Made by a program: the position numbers and the translations under genes. Under the pieces are notes generated by a model. The model ran no database searches, was not told where the DNA came from, and saw only the letters and a program-made list of their open reading frames with translations. 64,000 nucleotides of DNA from an uncultured Gammaproteobacteria bacterium (GTDB lineage Bacteria > Pseudomonadota > Gammaproteobacteria > Poriferisulfidales > GCA-002705445): assembly GCA_913065025.1 (NCBI GenBank), contig CAJYAP010000001.1, positions 49,545-113,544 of the forward strand. The letters run 5' to 3'. This document shows positions 50,193 through 59,945 of the stretch, piece after piece; the first letter of the stretch is position 1, and the number at the start of each line of letters is the position of its first letter.

Positions 50193-50534
50193 GTGTTACA
50201 CGGAAAAAAGCATTGGCTTTATCACAGACTATCAGCAATTTTACTCTTACCATTGATTCTTTGGTGTATATACTCCTTAAGTCTTGTCCCCGAAATAACA
50301 TATCAAAATATGGTTTTATGGACTAGTAAGACTGAAAATTATATATTTTTATTTATATTAATAATAATTTCAGTTCGTCATTTTCAACTTGGAATACAAG
50401 TTATATTAGAAGATTATGTCTCAGATAAAAAAACACGTGATTTTTATATAAAAATAATAAATATTACATATTATTTGTTATCTTTTTTAGGTATAGCTTC
50501 GATAACAAAAATATATTTTGGAGTGCATATCTAG
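50193..50534 (+). CDS. sdhD: Succinate dehydrogenase membrane anchor subunit
   Basis: GTG start with AAGGAG SD; HW...RLSA, H..LG.QVILEDYV. Confidence 0.92.
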   Translation: MLHGKKHWLYHRLSAILLLPLILWCIYSLSLVPEITYQNMVLWTSKTENYIFLFILIIISVRHFQLGIQVILEDYVSDKKTRDFYIKIINITYYLLSFLGIASITKIYFGVHI

Positions 50535-52322
50535 ATGAATAAAGATTACGAAATGATTACACATGAATATGATGTAATAGTTGTAGGTGCTGGTGGTTCT
50601 GGTTTAAGAGCAACTTTGGGAATGGCAACGGAAGGTCTGAAAACAGCATGTATAACTAAAGTTTTTCCTACAAGAAGTCACACAGTTGCAGCTCAAGGAG
50701 GGATGAGTGCTGCGCTAGGTAATATGGGTGAAGATGATTGGCGTTGGCATATGTACGACACTATAAAAGGCTCTGATTGGCTTGGAGATCAAGATGCAAT
50801 TGAGTATATGTGTAAAGAGGCAATACCCTCTGTTATTGAGCTTGAACATTACGGAGTGCCTTTTTCTAGAACAGAGGCAGGCAAAATATATCAAAGACCC
50901 TTTGGCGGAATGACAACAAATTATGGTGAAGGTACAGCCCAAAGAACATGTGCGGCGGCCGATAGAACAGGGCATTCAATTCTTCATACTCTTTACCAGC
51001 AGTCTTTAAAATATAAAGCAGAATTCTTTATAGAGTACTTTGCTATAGATCTCGTTATGGACAATGGGCAGTGTACAGGGGTAATAGCTATCGATTTAGC
51101 TACTGGTAAATTACATCACTTTAAAGGTCATGTCACATTATTAGCTACTGGAGGTTATGGAAGAGCCTATTTTTCTGCTACTTCAGCTCATACATGTACT
51201 GGAGATGGAAGTGGAATGGCTCAAAGAGCTGGCATTCCTCTTCAAGATATGGAGTTCACTCAATTTCACCCAACAGGAATATACGGGGCAGGCTGCTTAA
51301 TAACAGAAGGTTCTAGGGGAGAGGGAGGTTATCTTACAAACTCAGATGGTGAAAGGTTTATGGAAAGATATGCCCCAAACGCCAAAGATTTAGCATCAAG
51401 GGATGTTGTAAGCAGATCAATGACGATCGAAATAAATGAGGGAAGAGGTGTTGGAAAAGAGAAAGATCACATAGAGCTTCATTTGGAACATCTTGGGAAA
51501 GATGTCATTAATGAAAAGCTGCCTGGAATTGCAGAGTCTGCAAGAATATTTGCCGGAGTTGATGTAACTAAAGCTCCAATTCCAGTTATCCCAACCGTTC
51601 ATTACAACATGGGAGGCATACCTACAAATTACCACGGAGAAGTTCTTAGTCCAACAAGAGAAAATGAAGAAAAAATAGTGCCAGGTTTAATGGCAATCGG
51701 GGAAACCGCATGTGTATCTGTTCATGGAGCTAATAGATTGGGTTCGAATTCACTCTTAGATCTAATTGTTTTTGGAAGAGCAGCTGCAAAACAAGCTGCT
51801 AAGTTAGTTGAGCCTGGAGCAAAACATAACGATAGCAATAATGAATCTGTAGATAAAATAATAAATCGTTTGGACAAAACTAGATTTTCTTCAGGAAAAA
51901 ACCTACCTTCAGAATTAAGACTAAGGCTTCAGAGAGAAATGCAAAAAAATGTTGCTGTTTTCAGATCTGAAGAAACATTAGAAGAAGGAAGAAAAAATAT
52001 ACATTCTATTTATAAAGATTTTTCTGATATAAATCTTAGTGATAATTCCATGAAATGGAATACAGAGTTATTAGAGACTTTAGAGTTAGAAAATTTATTA
52101 ACACAAGGAATAGTTTCTGTAGAATCTGCTTATAATAGAAAAGAATCTAGAGGGGCACATGCTAGAGATGATTTTCCAGATAGAAACGATAAAGAATGGA
52201 TGAAACATACAATTGCATCAATTGATGACGATGGTATAGTTGATATTAGTTACAGAAAAGTAATACTAACGACTCTAACGGATGAAGTTGAAGCTGTCCC
52301 GCCAAAAAAGAGGGTTTATTAA
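50535..52322 (+). CDS. sdhA: Succinate dehydrogenase flavoprotein subunit
   Basis: [44 protein letters not shown]. Confidence 0.98.
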   Translation: MNKDYEMITHEYDVIVVGAGGSGLRATLGMATEGLKTACITKVFPTRSHTVAAQGGMSAALGNMGEDDWRWHMYDTIKGSDWLGDQDAIEYMCKEAIPSVIELEHYGVPFSRTEAGKIYQRPFGGMTTNYGEGTAQRTCAAADRTGHSILHTLYQQSLKYKAEFFIEYFAIDLVMDNGQCTGVIAIDLATGKLHHFKGHVTLLATGGYGRAYFSATSAHTCTGDGSGMAQRAGIPLQDMEFTQFHPTGIYGAGCLITEGSRGEGGYLTNSDGERFMERYAPNAKDLASRDVVSRSMTIEINEGRGVGKEKDHIELHLEHLGKDVINEKLPGIAESARIFAGVDVTKAPIPVIPTVHYNMGGIPTNYHGEVLSPTRENEEKIVPGLMAIGETACVSVHGANRLGSNSLLDLIVFGRAAAKQAAKLVEPGAKHNDSNNESVDKIINRLDKTRFSSGKNLPSELRLRLQREMQKNVAVFRSEETLEEGRKNIHSIYKDFSDINLSDNSMKWNTELLETLELENLLTQGIVSVESAYNRKESRGAHARDDFPDRNDKEWMKHTIASIDDDGIVDISYRKVILTTLTDEVEAVPPKKRVY

Positions 52323-52324
52323 AT

Positions 52325-53110
52325 ATGGCTGAATTTACATTACCTTTAAATTCTATAGTAAAAACTGGAAAATATTTTAAGTGCAAAAGTGCAGATAAAA
52401 AAAATATTAGAGTTTTTAAAATATATAGATATGACCCAGATGACGAAAAGAACCCACGGGTTGATTCTTATGAAATAGATACCACTGATTGTGGACCGAT
52501 GGTTCTTGATGCGCTACTTAAAATAAAAAATGAAATTGATACAACGATTACTTTTAGAAGATCTTGTAGAGAGGGTATTTGTGGTTCATGCTCTATGAAT
52601 ATTGATGGCAGAAATACTTTAGCATGTACTAAGAGTATAGATGAAATTGCAGGAGATATTAAAATTTATCCCCTACCTCATATGGCCGTATTAAAAGATT
52701 TGGTTACTGATCTTACTGACTTTTATAAACAGTATGAATCCGTACAACCGTGGCTTCAAGCTGAAGAACCAAAAGACTTGTCAACAGAAAGACTTCAATC
52801 CAAAGAAGAATTAGCGGAATTGGATGGCTCTGACGAATGTATTCTTTGCGCTTGTTGCTCAACAAGTTGTCCTAGTTATTGGTGGAATAGCGATAAATAT
52901 TTAGGGCCAGCAACTTTAATGCAAGCTTATAGATGGATAGCTGATTCTAGAGATGAACATCAAAAAGAAAGATTAGAAAATCTTGAAGATACTTTTAAGT
53001 TATACAAATGCCATACTATTATGAATTGTACAAATGCGTGCCCAAAAGGACTAAATCCAGCTAAACAAATCGCAAAGATTAAATCTTTAATAGTGTCCAA
53101 TAAGATCTAA
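52325..53110 (+). CDS. sdhB: Succinate dehydrogenase iron-sulfur subunit
   Basis: [33 protein letters not shown]. Confidence 0.98.
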   Translation: MAEFTLPLNSIVKTGKYFKCKSADKKNIRVFKIYRYDPDDEKNPRVDSYEIDTTDCGPMVLDALLKIKNEIDTTITFRRSCREGICGSCSMNIDGRNTLACTKSIDEIAGDIKIYPLPHMAVLKDLVTDLTDFYKQYESVQPWLQAEEPKDLSTERLQSKEELAELDGSDECILCACCSTSCPSYWWNSDKYLGPATLMQAYRWIADSRDEHQKERLENLEDTFKLYKCHTIMNCTNACPKGLNPAKQIAKIKSLIVSNKI

Positions 53111-53111
53111 C

Positions 53112-53357
53112 ATGGATGATAAAGAGGTCTTGTGGAAATGCAGAAGAGGAACTAAAGAGTTAGATATTTTAATGTTAACTTTTTATCAAAAATTTTATAA
53201 AACAGCTTCAAATTCACAAAAAAATGGTTTTATAAAATTATTATCATTAGAAGACCCAATAATTTATGATTTATTATTAAATAAAATATCTTTAAAAGAC
53301 ATTGCAGTAAATGAAATTGCTGATATGATACGTAATATGAGTTTAAAGAGTAGTTAA
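53112..53357 (+). CDS. sdhE: Succinate dehydrogenase flavinylation factor SdhE (Sdh5)
   Basis: W.CRRGTKELD (RGxxE motif); follows sdhB. Confidence 0.9.
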   Translation: MDDKEVLWKCRRGTKELDILMLTFYQKFYKTASNSQKNGFIKLLSLEDPIIYDLLLNKISLKDIAVNEIADMIRNMSLKSS

Positions 53358-53444
53358 TGCTTTTGCTCATACACAACAAATTAGATAAATAATAATAAAT
53401 TATATAGCTAATTTTTTTTGATTAATACAATATAGAAGAAAAAT

Positions 53445-53660
53445 ATGTCAGATAGAGAAAATGGTACGGTTAAATGGTTTAATGACTCAAAAGGTTATGG
53501 TTTTATACAAAGAGAAAGCGGTAAAGACGTTTTCGTTCATTTTGGGGCAATTAAAATAGAAGGTGATGGATACAGAACTTTAAAAGAAGGTCAGGCTGTT
53601 GAATTCACAGTTACAGAAAGCGAAAAAGGTTTAACTGCTACAGACGTAGAAGCTAAATAA
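53445..53660 (+). CDS. Cold-shock domain protein
   Basis: GTVKWFN, RNP1 KGYGFI, RNP2 DVFVHF. Confidence 0.96.
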   Translation: MSDRENGTVKWFNDSKGYGFIQRESGKDVFVHFGAIKIEGDGYRTLKEGQAVEFTVTESEKGLTATDVEAK

Positions 53661-53694
53661 TTTAAATCTGCTTTAAATAACTACAAATTTTATC

Positions 53695-53725
53695 TACTGC
53701 AAATTTATTTGCAGTATTTAATTTT
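53695..53725 (+). terminator. Inverted repeat, likely intrinsic terminator of the csp gene
   Basis: TACTGCAAAT-TT-ATTTGCAGTA (53695-53716) followed by TTTAATTTT, 35 nt after the csp stop. Confidence 0.5.
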
Positions 53726-53871
53726 AGAGAAATTTAGAATTAGATTTTATCCTTATTAAAACCTAATAATAATACATCTTTAGAAAAATTTTTAAACAAT
53801 TAAGTTTAAAATGCATCCTATTATTATTAAAATAGTTAGACACAAAATTAATTGCTGTGTATTATATTTTT

Positions 53872-54333
53872 ATGATACAAGCATTCCAAATAAACTCAGT
53901 AAGTAAAAATAATTTTATTTCGCTAATGATCTCTTATGAGAAAAATTATAAAGATTTTTCAAAATTAGTAGATCTTAGTATTATTACTGAAAGCAATATT
54001 TCTAAAAAATTCGAATCATCAACAGGGCATGTTGACAAGAAATTGTCACTATCTGTTGAATTAGTAACGAATCATACTGCTCAAGTTAGATTTGCATATA
54101 ATTTTTTTTGCAATAATACTTATATTAATTATGTTGATTTAAAAATTTACTTCGATTCTAGGCAAGCTGAGATCATAAATACTAATGATAGTAAATCTAC
54201 GCATACAGCTACTGATATTAACAAATACCATAACATGAGACTTAGTAAATGGTATAAGAACTATTTTCTTTCCATATGGCTTAAAAACTGCATAAAAAAT
54301 GGTTATTCATTTGATGCTCAGTCTGAAGTATAA
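53872..54333 (+). CDS. DUF1249 (YqiB-like) protein
   Basis: LM..YE.NY, IY.D...AE, KW..N.FL..WL..C...GY pattern. ATG 53872 preferred over GTG 53857. Confidence 0.7.
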   Translation: MIQAFQINSVSKNNFISLMISYEKNYKDFSKLVDLSIITESNISKKFESSTGHVDKKLSLSVELVTNHTAQVRFAYNFFCNNTYINYVDLKIYFDSRQAEIINTNDSKSTHTATDINKYHNMRLSKWYKNYFLSIWLKNCIKNGYSFDAQSEV

Positions 54334-54365
54334 TCGCATCATTCTTAAAATTATTTTATTAAATT

Positions 54366-55487
54366 ATGTCTAATGAATTTATAGTTAAGGGTATAACCAA
54401 AGCCAAACTTCCAAGTGACTACGGAAGTACTGGCTTTAAAATGTTTAAAGGTTCAATTCTTAACAGTGTTGAAGTTGCTTATGAGACTTGGGGAAAACTT
54501 TCTGTTAATAATGATAATGTAATACTTTTATTCACTGGATTATCACCTTCATCACATGCAGCATCATCAGATAAAAACAATGAAAAAGGTTGGTGGGAAT
54601 TCATGATAGGTCCTAACAAACCTATTGATACTAAAAAATATTATGTTGTATGTGTGAATTCACTTGGTAGCTGCTTTGGTTCAACCTCGCCAGCTTCAGT
54701 TAATAAGGAAACTGGTGACGTTTATGGTCTTAATTTTCCAGAATTATCTATTGAAGATATTGCTAAAGCAGGACACTCTGTTCTCCAAACTTTAGGAATT
54801 GATTATGCTCATACTGTTATGGGTCCTTCAATGGGCGGGATGACAGCTCTTGCATACGCTTTATTATATCCGAACAGTTTATCTAATCTTGTTGTGATAT
54901 CAGCAGCTGCAAGAGCACTTCCTTTTACGATTTCAATTAGGTCGCTACAAAGAGAACTAATCAGAAGTGACCCTTTATGGAATGAGGGGATATACGATAA
55001 AGAGACAGCGCCACTAAACGGTATGAAGCTAGCAAGAAAGCTTGGGTTAATGTCTTATAGGGCGGCAAATGAATGGCGTGAAAGATTTAATAGAGCTAGA
55101 CTTCCTAAATCAGAAAATAAAAAAATGTTTGATATTGAGTTTGAAGTTGAAAATTACTTAAACCATAATTCAAAAAAATTTGTTTCTATGTTTGACCCTA
55201 ATTGTTATTTGTATTTATCAAGAGCTATGGATTTATTTGATGTTGCAGAGCATGGTGGGACAGTAAATGCAGGTTTGGCAAAAATTCATACGAAGAAAAA
55301 TTTAATAATAGGTGTTGAGTCAGATATTCTTTTTCCTATTGATCAACAAGAAGAGCTCGCAGAAGGTTTTAAAAAAGCAAAGAAGAATTTTAAATTTGAA
55401 AAACTAAAGTCAATTCAAGGTCATGATTCTTTTTTAGTTGATGAAAAAAATTTTTCAAAAGTTATATATAATTTTTTTAACGACTAA
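54366..55487 (+). CDS. metX: MetX-family alpha/beta acyltransferase, probably serine O-succinyl/acetyltransferase subgroup
   Basis: AYETWG, TGLSP in place of HALTG, GWWE, GPSMGG nucleophile, ARKLG..SYR, SDILFP, GHDSFL. Confidence 0.85.
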   Translation: MSNEFIVKGITKAKLPSDYGSTGFKMFKGSILNSVEVAYETWGKLSVNNDNVILLFTGLSPSSHAASSDKNNEKGWWEFMIGPNKPIDTKKYYVVCVNSLGSCFGSTSPASVNKETGDVYGLNFPELSIEDIAKAGHSVLQTLGIDYAHTVMGPSMGGMTALAYALLYPNSLSNLVVISAAARALPFTISIRSLQRELIRSDPLWNEGIYDKETAPLNGMKLARKLGLMSYRAANEWRERFNRARLPKSENKKMFDIEFEVENYLNHNSKKFVSMFDPNCYLYLSRAMDLFDVAEHGGTVNAGLAKIHTKKNLIIGVESDILFPIDQQEELAEGFKKAKKNFKFEKLKSIQGHDSFLVDEKNFSKVIYNFFND

Positions 55488-55490
55488 AAA

Positions 55491-56789
55491 CTAACGATCT
55501 TTTAATTCCGTATAGTTAGTTTTATCTTTACCAGTATATAACTGTCTAGGCCTTCCAATTCTAAAATTTTTGTCTTCAATCATTTCGTTCCAGTGTGCTA
55601 CCCAACCTACAGTTCTGGCTAATGCAAATATAACTGTATACATACTTTGTGGAACGCCAATAGCTTTTAATACAATTCCTGAATAGAAATCTACATTAGG
55701 GTATAGTTTTCTGGAAACAAAGTAATCATCCTCTAAAGCATATTTTTCAAGTTTCATTGCTATGTCAAATAAAGGTTTATTTGGGTTATTTTCATCAAGT
55801 TTATCTAAGTATTCATGCGCGATTTTTTGTATTATTTTAGCTCTTGGGTCATAATTTTTATATATTCTATGACCAAAACCCATCAGCCTAAAAGAATTTT
55901 CTTTGTCTTTTGCCATATTTATATAATGCTCTACATCTTTATCAGAATTTTTTATTTCTTCAAGCATATTTATTACTGCTTCATTTGCGCCACCATGGGT
56001 TGGGCCCCATAAGGTCTGTATACCAGCTGCTATGGCAGCATAAGGACTTGTTTCAGAACTGCCCGATAGTCTAACAGTCGAGGTAGATGCATTTTGCTCA
56101 TGGTCAGCATGAAGTAAAAATATTACATCCATAGCGTTAGACGATAATTTTTTTTGTTCTTCATTAATATTTGGAAATGCCATATTTATAAAATTTTCTG
56201 CTATAGATAGATGCTTGTTGGGTTCTTGAAATTTCACGCCTAATATGAAATTTAATATCCACGCGGACATTACTGGAACAGATGATATTAGTTTCACTGT
56301 TGATTGGTATCTATAACCTTTATTTTGTATATTGATATCATCATGATATTTTGCTGATAAAAAACTTAAACAAGCTGTCATTACTGCCATTGGATGGCTA
56401 CCTTTGTCAAATACTTCAATAATTTTCTTAACTGATGGGTCGACATTAAAGTTATTAGATATATCATTAGAAAAATTATCTAACTCTTTGTTATTTGGTA
56501 ATTTATCATTTAAAAGTAAATAAGCTGTCTCAATAAAATTACTCTTTTCTGCAAGCTCTTCTATTGGATAGCCTCTATACCATAATTTTCCTTCATTTCC
56601 GTCAATGAAAGTAATTTTACTCTCACAACTTGATGTTGCCATAAATCCAGGATCATGAGATAAATACCCTAAATTTTTCTCTAAAGCTCTTATATCCACT
56701 ACATTTGGGCCCAATATTGAGTCAAGCACGGGAAGTTCTGTCTCGTTATTTGATTGACCATCTATTATTGTAATTTTTTTATTAGTCAT
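55491..56789 (-). CDS. gltA: Citrate synthase (type II)
   Basis: DPGF..T.SC.S.ITFIDG, HPM, LHADHEQNAST, HGGANE, MGFGHR.YK.YDPRA, YPNVDFYSG. Confidence 0.97.
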   Translation of the reverse strand: MTNKKITIIDGQSNNETELPVLDSILGPNVVDIRALEKNLGYLSHDPGFMATSSCESKITFIDGNEGKLWYRGYPIEELAEKSNFIETAYLLLNDKLPNNKELDNFSNDISNNFNVDPSVKKIIEVFDKGSHPMAVMTACLSFLSAKYHDDINIQNKGYRYQSTVKLISSVPVMSAWILNFILGVKFQEPNKHLSIAENFINMAFPNINEEQKKLSSNAMDVIFLLHADHEQNASTSTVRLSGSSETSPYAAIAAGIQTLWGPTHGGANEAVINMLEEIKNSDKDVEHYINMAKDKENSFRLMGFGHRIYKNYDPRAKIIQKIAHEYLDKLDENNPNKPLFDIAMKLEKYALEDDYFVSRKLYPNVDFYSGIVLKAIGVPQSMYTVIFALARTVGWVAHWNEMIEDKNFRIGRPRQLYTGKDKTNYTELKDR

Positions 56790-56892
56790 AATTATAAGGA
56801 TATTATTGCTCTAAATAATATTTTATTCGTTTCCAGTGTATTCATTAAGGAAAACCATATTATCACAATTATGGCTATTATTTAAGAAGACT

Positions 56893-57426
56893 TTATTTAT
56901 TCATATTTAGGTAATTAATTATAAAAGTTGCAATGTCAGACGGATTATTAATATCTAGCTTAGTTAAATTACGTTTAACCTCGATATTCGTATCAGTGGC
57001 TACTGCGATTATATTATTATCTTTATTACTCAATAAACCCCTATTTTTGCCTATTTCTTCTCTATATAATTCAATTTTAGGAAAATTCTCTGCTTTAAAG
57101 CCCTCTACAAGGGTAATATCACTTTCTATTTTATCAAGAATATTTAACAGATCATTTAAACTTAACTCATCGTTACTATGATTTTCATGCATTAATGCCC
57201 ATCTATTTGACGACGATATAAGCATATTTTCAGCACCAGACTTTCTAATTTCATAACTATCTTTACCAGGCTCGTCAACATCAAAATTATGATGTGCGTG
57301 CTTTATCACCGAAACTCTATAGTTTGATTTTTTTAAGATACCTACAATCTCTTTTATAAGTGTAGTTTTTCCAGTTCCACTATAAGCCGCAAAACCAATT
57401 AATTTTTTATTTTGAATTGTACTCAT
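56893..57426 (-). CDS. mobB: Molybdopterin-guanine dinucleotide biosynthesis protein B
   Basis: AYSGTGKTT, IKHAHH.FDVD.PGKDS, VEGFK. Confidence 0.93.
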   Translation of the reverse strand: MSTIQNKKLIGFAAYSGTGKTTLIKEIVGILKKSNYRVSVIKHAHHNFDVDEPGKDSYEIRKSGAENMLISSSNRWALMHENHSNDELSLNDLLNILDKIESDITLVEGFKAENFPKIELYREEIGKNRGLLSNKDNNIIAVATDTNIEVKRNLTKLDINNPSDIATFIINYLNMNK

Positions 57427-57991
57427 TAAGTTGTTCTGTAGTATTTATATTATCAAAGTAGGTCGAGTTTTCATTAAAAAAGATATACTGATGGTTATTA
57501 TTTTGGTACCAAATATCAATTTTTCTATCTCCATTTGCAAGATAATCGTGAAGTGATTTAACTTTTTCTTTGGATACTAACATAAATACAGGCTGCGATC
57601 TCAAACCGTTATGTGCAATATAAACATCTTTGCTTTTATCAGCTTCATCAATCATTTTTTGGATAACCTTCCAGGAAAAATTTGGGCAATCACACGGTAA
57701 AGTAATTAAGTAATCTGTTTTGATCATTTTCAATAAACTATATATACCAGCTAAAGGGCCTTGAAAATTATCTAAACTATCTTTAATAACAGGATAATTG
57801 TATGACTTATATTTATCTATATTTCTATTTGCATTAATTATTATATTTGATGTTTTTGCTGCAATTTTTTCTAAGAGATTTTCAATTAAAGGAGTTCCAT
57901 TTACAAGCACAAGACCTTTATCTTGATTATTCATTCGTGTAGCTTTACCACCAGCTAAAATACCAACTGATATATCATTTATTGTTAACAT
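57407..57991 (-). CDS. mobA: Molybdenum cofactor guanylyltransferase
   Basis: ILAGGKATRM...DKG, GPLAG, PCD.P, NINT. Confidence 0.94.
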   Translation of the reverse strand: MLTINDISVGILAGGKATRMNNQDKGLVLVNGTPLIENLLEKIAAKTSNIIINANRNIDKYKSYNYPVIKDSLDNFQGPLAGIYSLLKMIKTDYLITLPCDCPNFSWKVIQKMIDEADKSKDVYIAHNGLRSQPVFMLVSKEKVKSLHDYLANGDRKIDIWYQNNNHQYIFFNENSTYFDNINTTEQLNEYNSK

Positions 57992-58066
57992 AAAACACCT
58001 CTGTAGAATTGCAAAATATTACCTTATAATAGATATGCTTTAATAAAATTATGGAGTAAAGTTATT

Positions 58067-58366
58067 ATGAATGATAGCAATAAAAATCTTACAATGGAAA
58101 TTCAGTCAGAAGTTTTTGAAATGCTAATAAAGCATTTGCAAAATAAAACAGAAGTTCAGAATATAGATTTGATGAACCTAGCTGATTTTTGTAGAAATTG
58201 TTTATCAAAATGGTATGTCTCTGCCGCTAAAGAAAAAGGTATTGACGTATCTTACGATGATGCAAGAGAAATTGTTTATGGCATGCCGTACAGTGAATGG
58301 AAGAATTTATACCAGAAAGAAGCAACAAAAGAACAGCTAGATAAATTTAACTCTAGAAATAAATAA
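58067..58366 (+). CDS. DUF1244 family protein
   Basis: VQNIDLMNLADFCRNCLSKWY...AREIVYGMPY.EWK..YQ. Confidence 0.88.
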   Translation: MNDSNKNLTMEIQSEVFEMLIKHLQNKTEVQNIDLMNLADFCRNCLSKWYVSAAKEKGIDVSYDDAREIVYGMPYSEWKNLYQKEATKEQLDKFNSRNK

Positions 58367-59128
58367 ATGCAATTTACACATCTTGATGACAAAGACCTTC
58401 TTTTTTATTCAAGACATATTCTATTGCCCAATATTGGAATAGAAGGACAGCAAAAGCTAAATTTGGCTGAAGTTACTATTTTTGGTTTAGGTGGTTTAGG
58501 TAATTTACTTTCTATCTATATAGCTTCCTCTGGTATTAAGAAAATAAATTTAGTAGATTTTGATGTTGTAGAAGAAACAAATTTACAAAGGCAAATAACT
58601 TTCACTTCTAAAGATTTTGGTACATTAAAAGTTGATGTTATTGAAAAATTTTTAAAAGAAAAATATCCAGATATTATTATCAAGAAATACCCTAAGAAAA
58701 TTACAAAATGCATTCAAGTAGAATCAATAATAGAAAACTCAGATATAGTACTAGACGGAACAGATAATTTTGTAGTTAGAAAAATAATTAATAAAGCATG
58801 TTTAATAAAAAATAAAAAACTTATTATAGGAGCAGTGGAAGGTTATTCAGGTCAACTTATGACAGTAATACCAGATAAAAGTGCATGCTATGAATGTGTT
58901 TATGAGAATTTAATTGATAACAACTCATGTTCAGATACAGGAGTTCTAGCTCCTTTAGTTGGAATGATAAGCTCAATGATGGCTATTGAATGCATAAATA
59001 TAATTACTGGCAACAAGTCTTCATATGAAAATAAATTATTAATTATTAACGGGTTAAATGTATCAGTTGATATAATGAGTACAAAAAGAAACAAAGCTTG
59101 TGAAACAAGCTGTATAAAAATTAAATGA
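58367..59128 (+). CDS. moeB: MoeB/ThiF (HesA) family adenylyltransferase
   Basis: YSRHILLP.IG.EGQ, GLGGLG, DFD.VE.TNLQRQ, DGTDNF, CYEC, GVLAP. Confidence 0.82.
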   Translation: MQFTHLDDKDLLFYSRHILLPNIGIEGQQKLNLAEVTIFGLGGLGNLLSIYIASSGIKKINLVDFDVVEETNLQRQITFTSKDFGTLKVDVIEKFLKEKYPDIIIKKYPKKITKCIQVESIIENSDIVLDGTDNFVVRKIINKACLIKNKKLIIGAVEGYSGQLMTVIPDKSACYECVYENLIDNNSCSDTGVLAPLVGMISSMMAIECINIITGNKSSYENKLLIINGLNVSVDIMSTKRNKACETSCIKIK

Positions 59129-59409
59129 AGAAAGATAATAGGCCTAAGACAAAAATAAAAAAACCTGAGCCAAAAAATAAAGAGTCGATAGACTGGATTA
59201 TTTGGGCTGCCTGGGCAGATAGAATTACTTTTGAGGAAATTTTTGAAAAAACAAATATTGCAGAACCTGAAGTTATAAAAATTATGAGAAGAAATCTTAA
59301 ACCATCTTCATTTCGACTTTGGAGAAAAAGAGTCAGCGAAAAGAGTATAAAACATAGAAAAAAATTTGTTAATGAAAGAAAAAATTTAAAACGGAATACT
59401 TTTTTTTAG
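59125..59409 (+). CDS. TIGR03643 (DUF2805) family protein
   Basis: AW.DRITFEEI...E.EVI..MRR.LKPSSFRLWRKRV. Confidence 0.85.
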   Translation: MKKDNRPKTKIKKPEPKNKESIDWIIWAAWADRITFEEIFEKTNIAEPEVIKIMRRNLKPSSFRLWRKRVSEKSIKHRKKFVNERKNLKRNTFF

Positions 59410-59843
59410 CTTAATAGTCTATCTTTTGCAGCATTTATTTTTGCCGCAATATCTTTTGACCCACCTTTATCTGGATGATGTTTTTGCATTTCTCTTTTGT
59501 GAGCAAATATAATCTCCTGCTTAGATGAGTTTTCACTTACTCCTAGTATAGCGGCGGCTTCTTTTCGAGACATATTATTTGAGTTTTTTCGCTGATTATT
59601 ATTTTTATAGCTTGATGTAAATCTCTTAATTATTGGCAAATACCTGAATATGATAAATAATTTTTTTATAATCGGTATTAAGGCAACAATTAATGCAGAT
59701 ATCCAGTGAGCTTTTCCGGTGGCTACTAAGTATAAAATTATTATGGAAAGTATAAAAAATAGGAGTTTAGGTCTACTTTTTATTTTTTTTGAAGCATAAA
59801 TTATTGATATTATTGCTAAAATTAAAGTAATTATATAAATCAT
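59406..59843 (-). CDS. Membrane-anchored J-domain protein (Pam18/TimB-like)
   Basis: N-terminal hydrophobic helices; MS..EA..ILGV...EI..AH...M...HPDKGGS...AAKIN.AKD.L. Confidence 0.85.
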   Translation of the reverse strand: MIYIITLILAIISIIYASKKIKSRPKLLFFILSIIILYLVATGKAHWISALIVALIPIIKKLFIIFRYLPIIKRFTSSYKNNNQRKNSNNMSRKEAAAILGVSENSSKQEIIFAHKREMQKHHPDKGGSKDIAAKINAAKDRLLS

Positions 59844-59945
59844 AGATTTAAATTTTTTTCTTGTATATTTTAAGTTATTTAGAGATTATATAAACATAAT
59901 AACAAGAACAACAATAATAAAATTAATGAATATCGAGGAAATATA

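Noticed and set aside
53811..53906. 31-codon ORF MHPIIIKIVRHK... upstream of the DUF1249 gene
   Set aside because: No SD, overlaps the DUF1249 start out of frame, no informative features.
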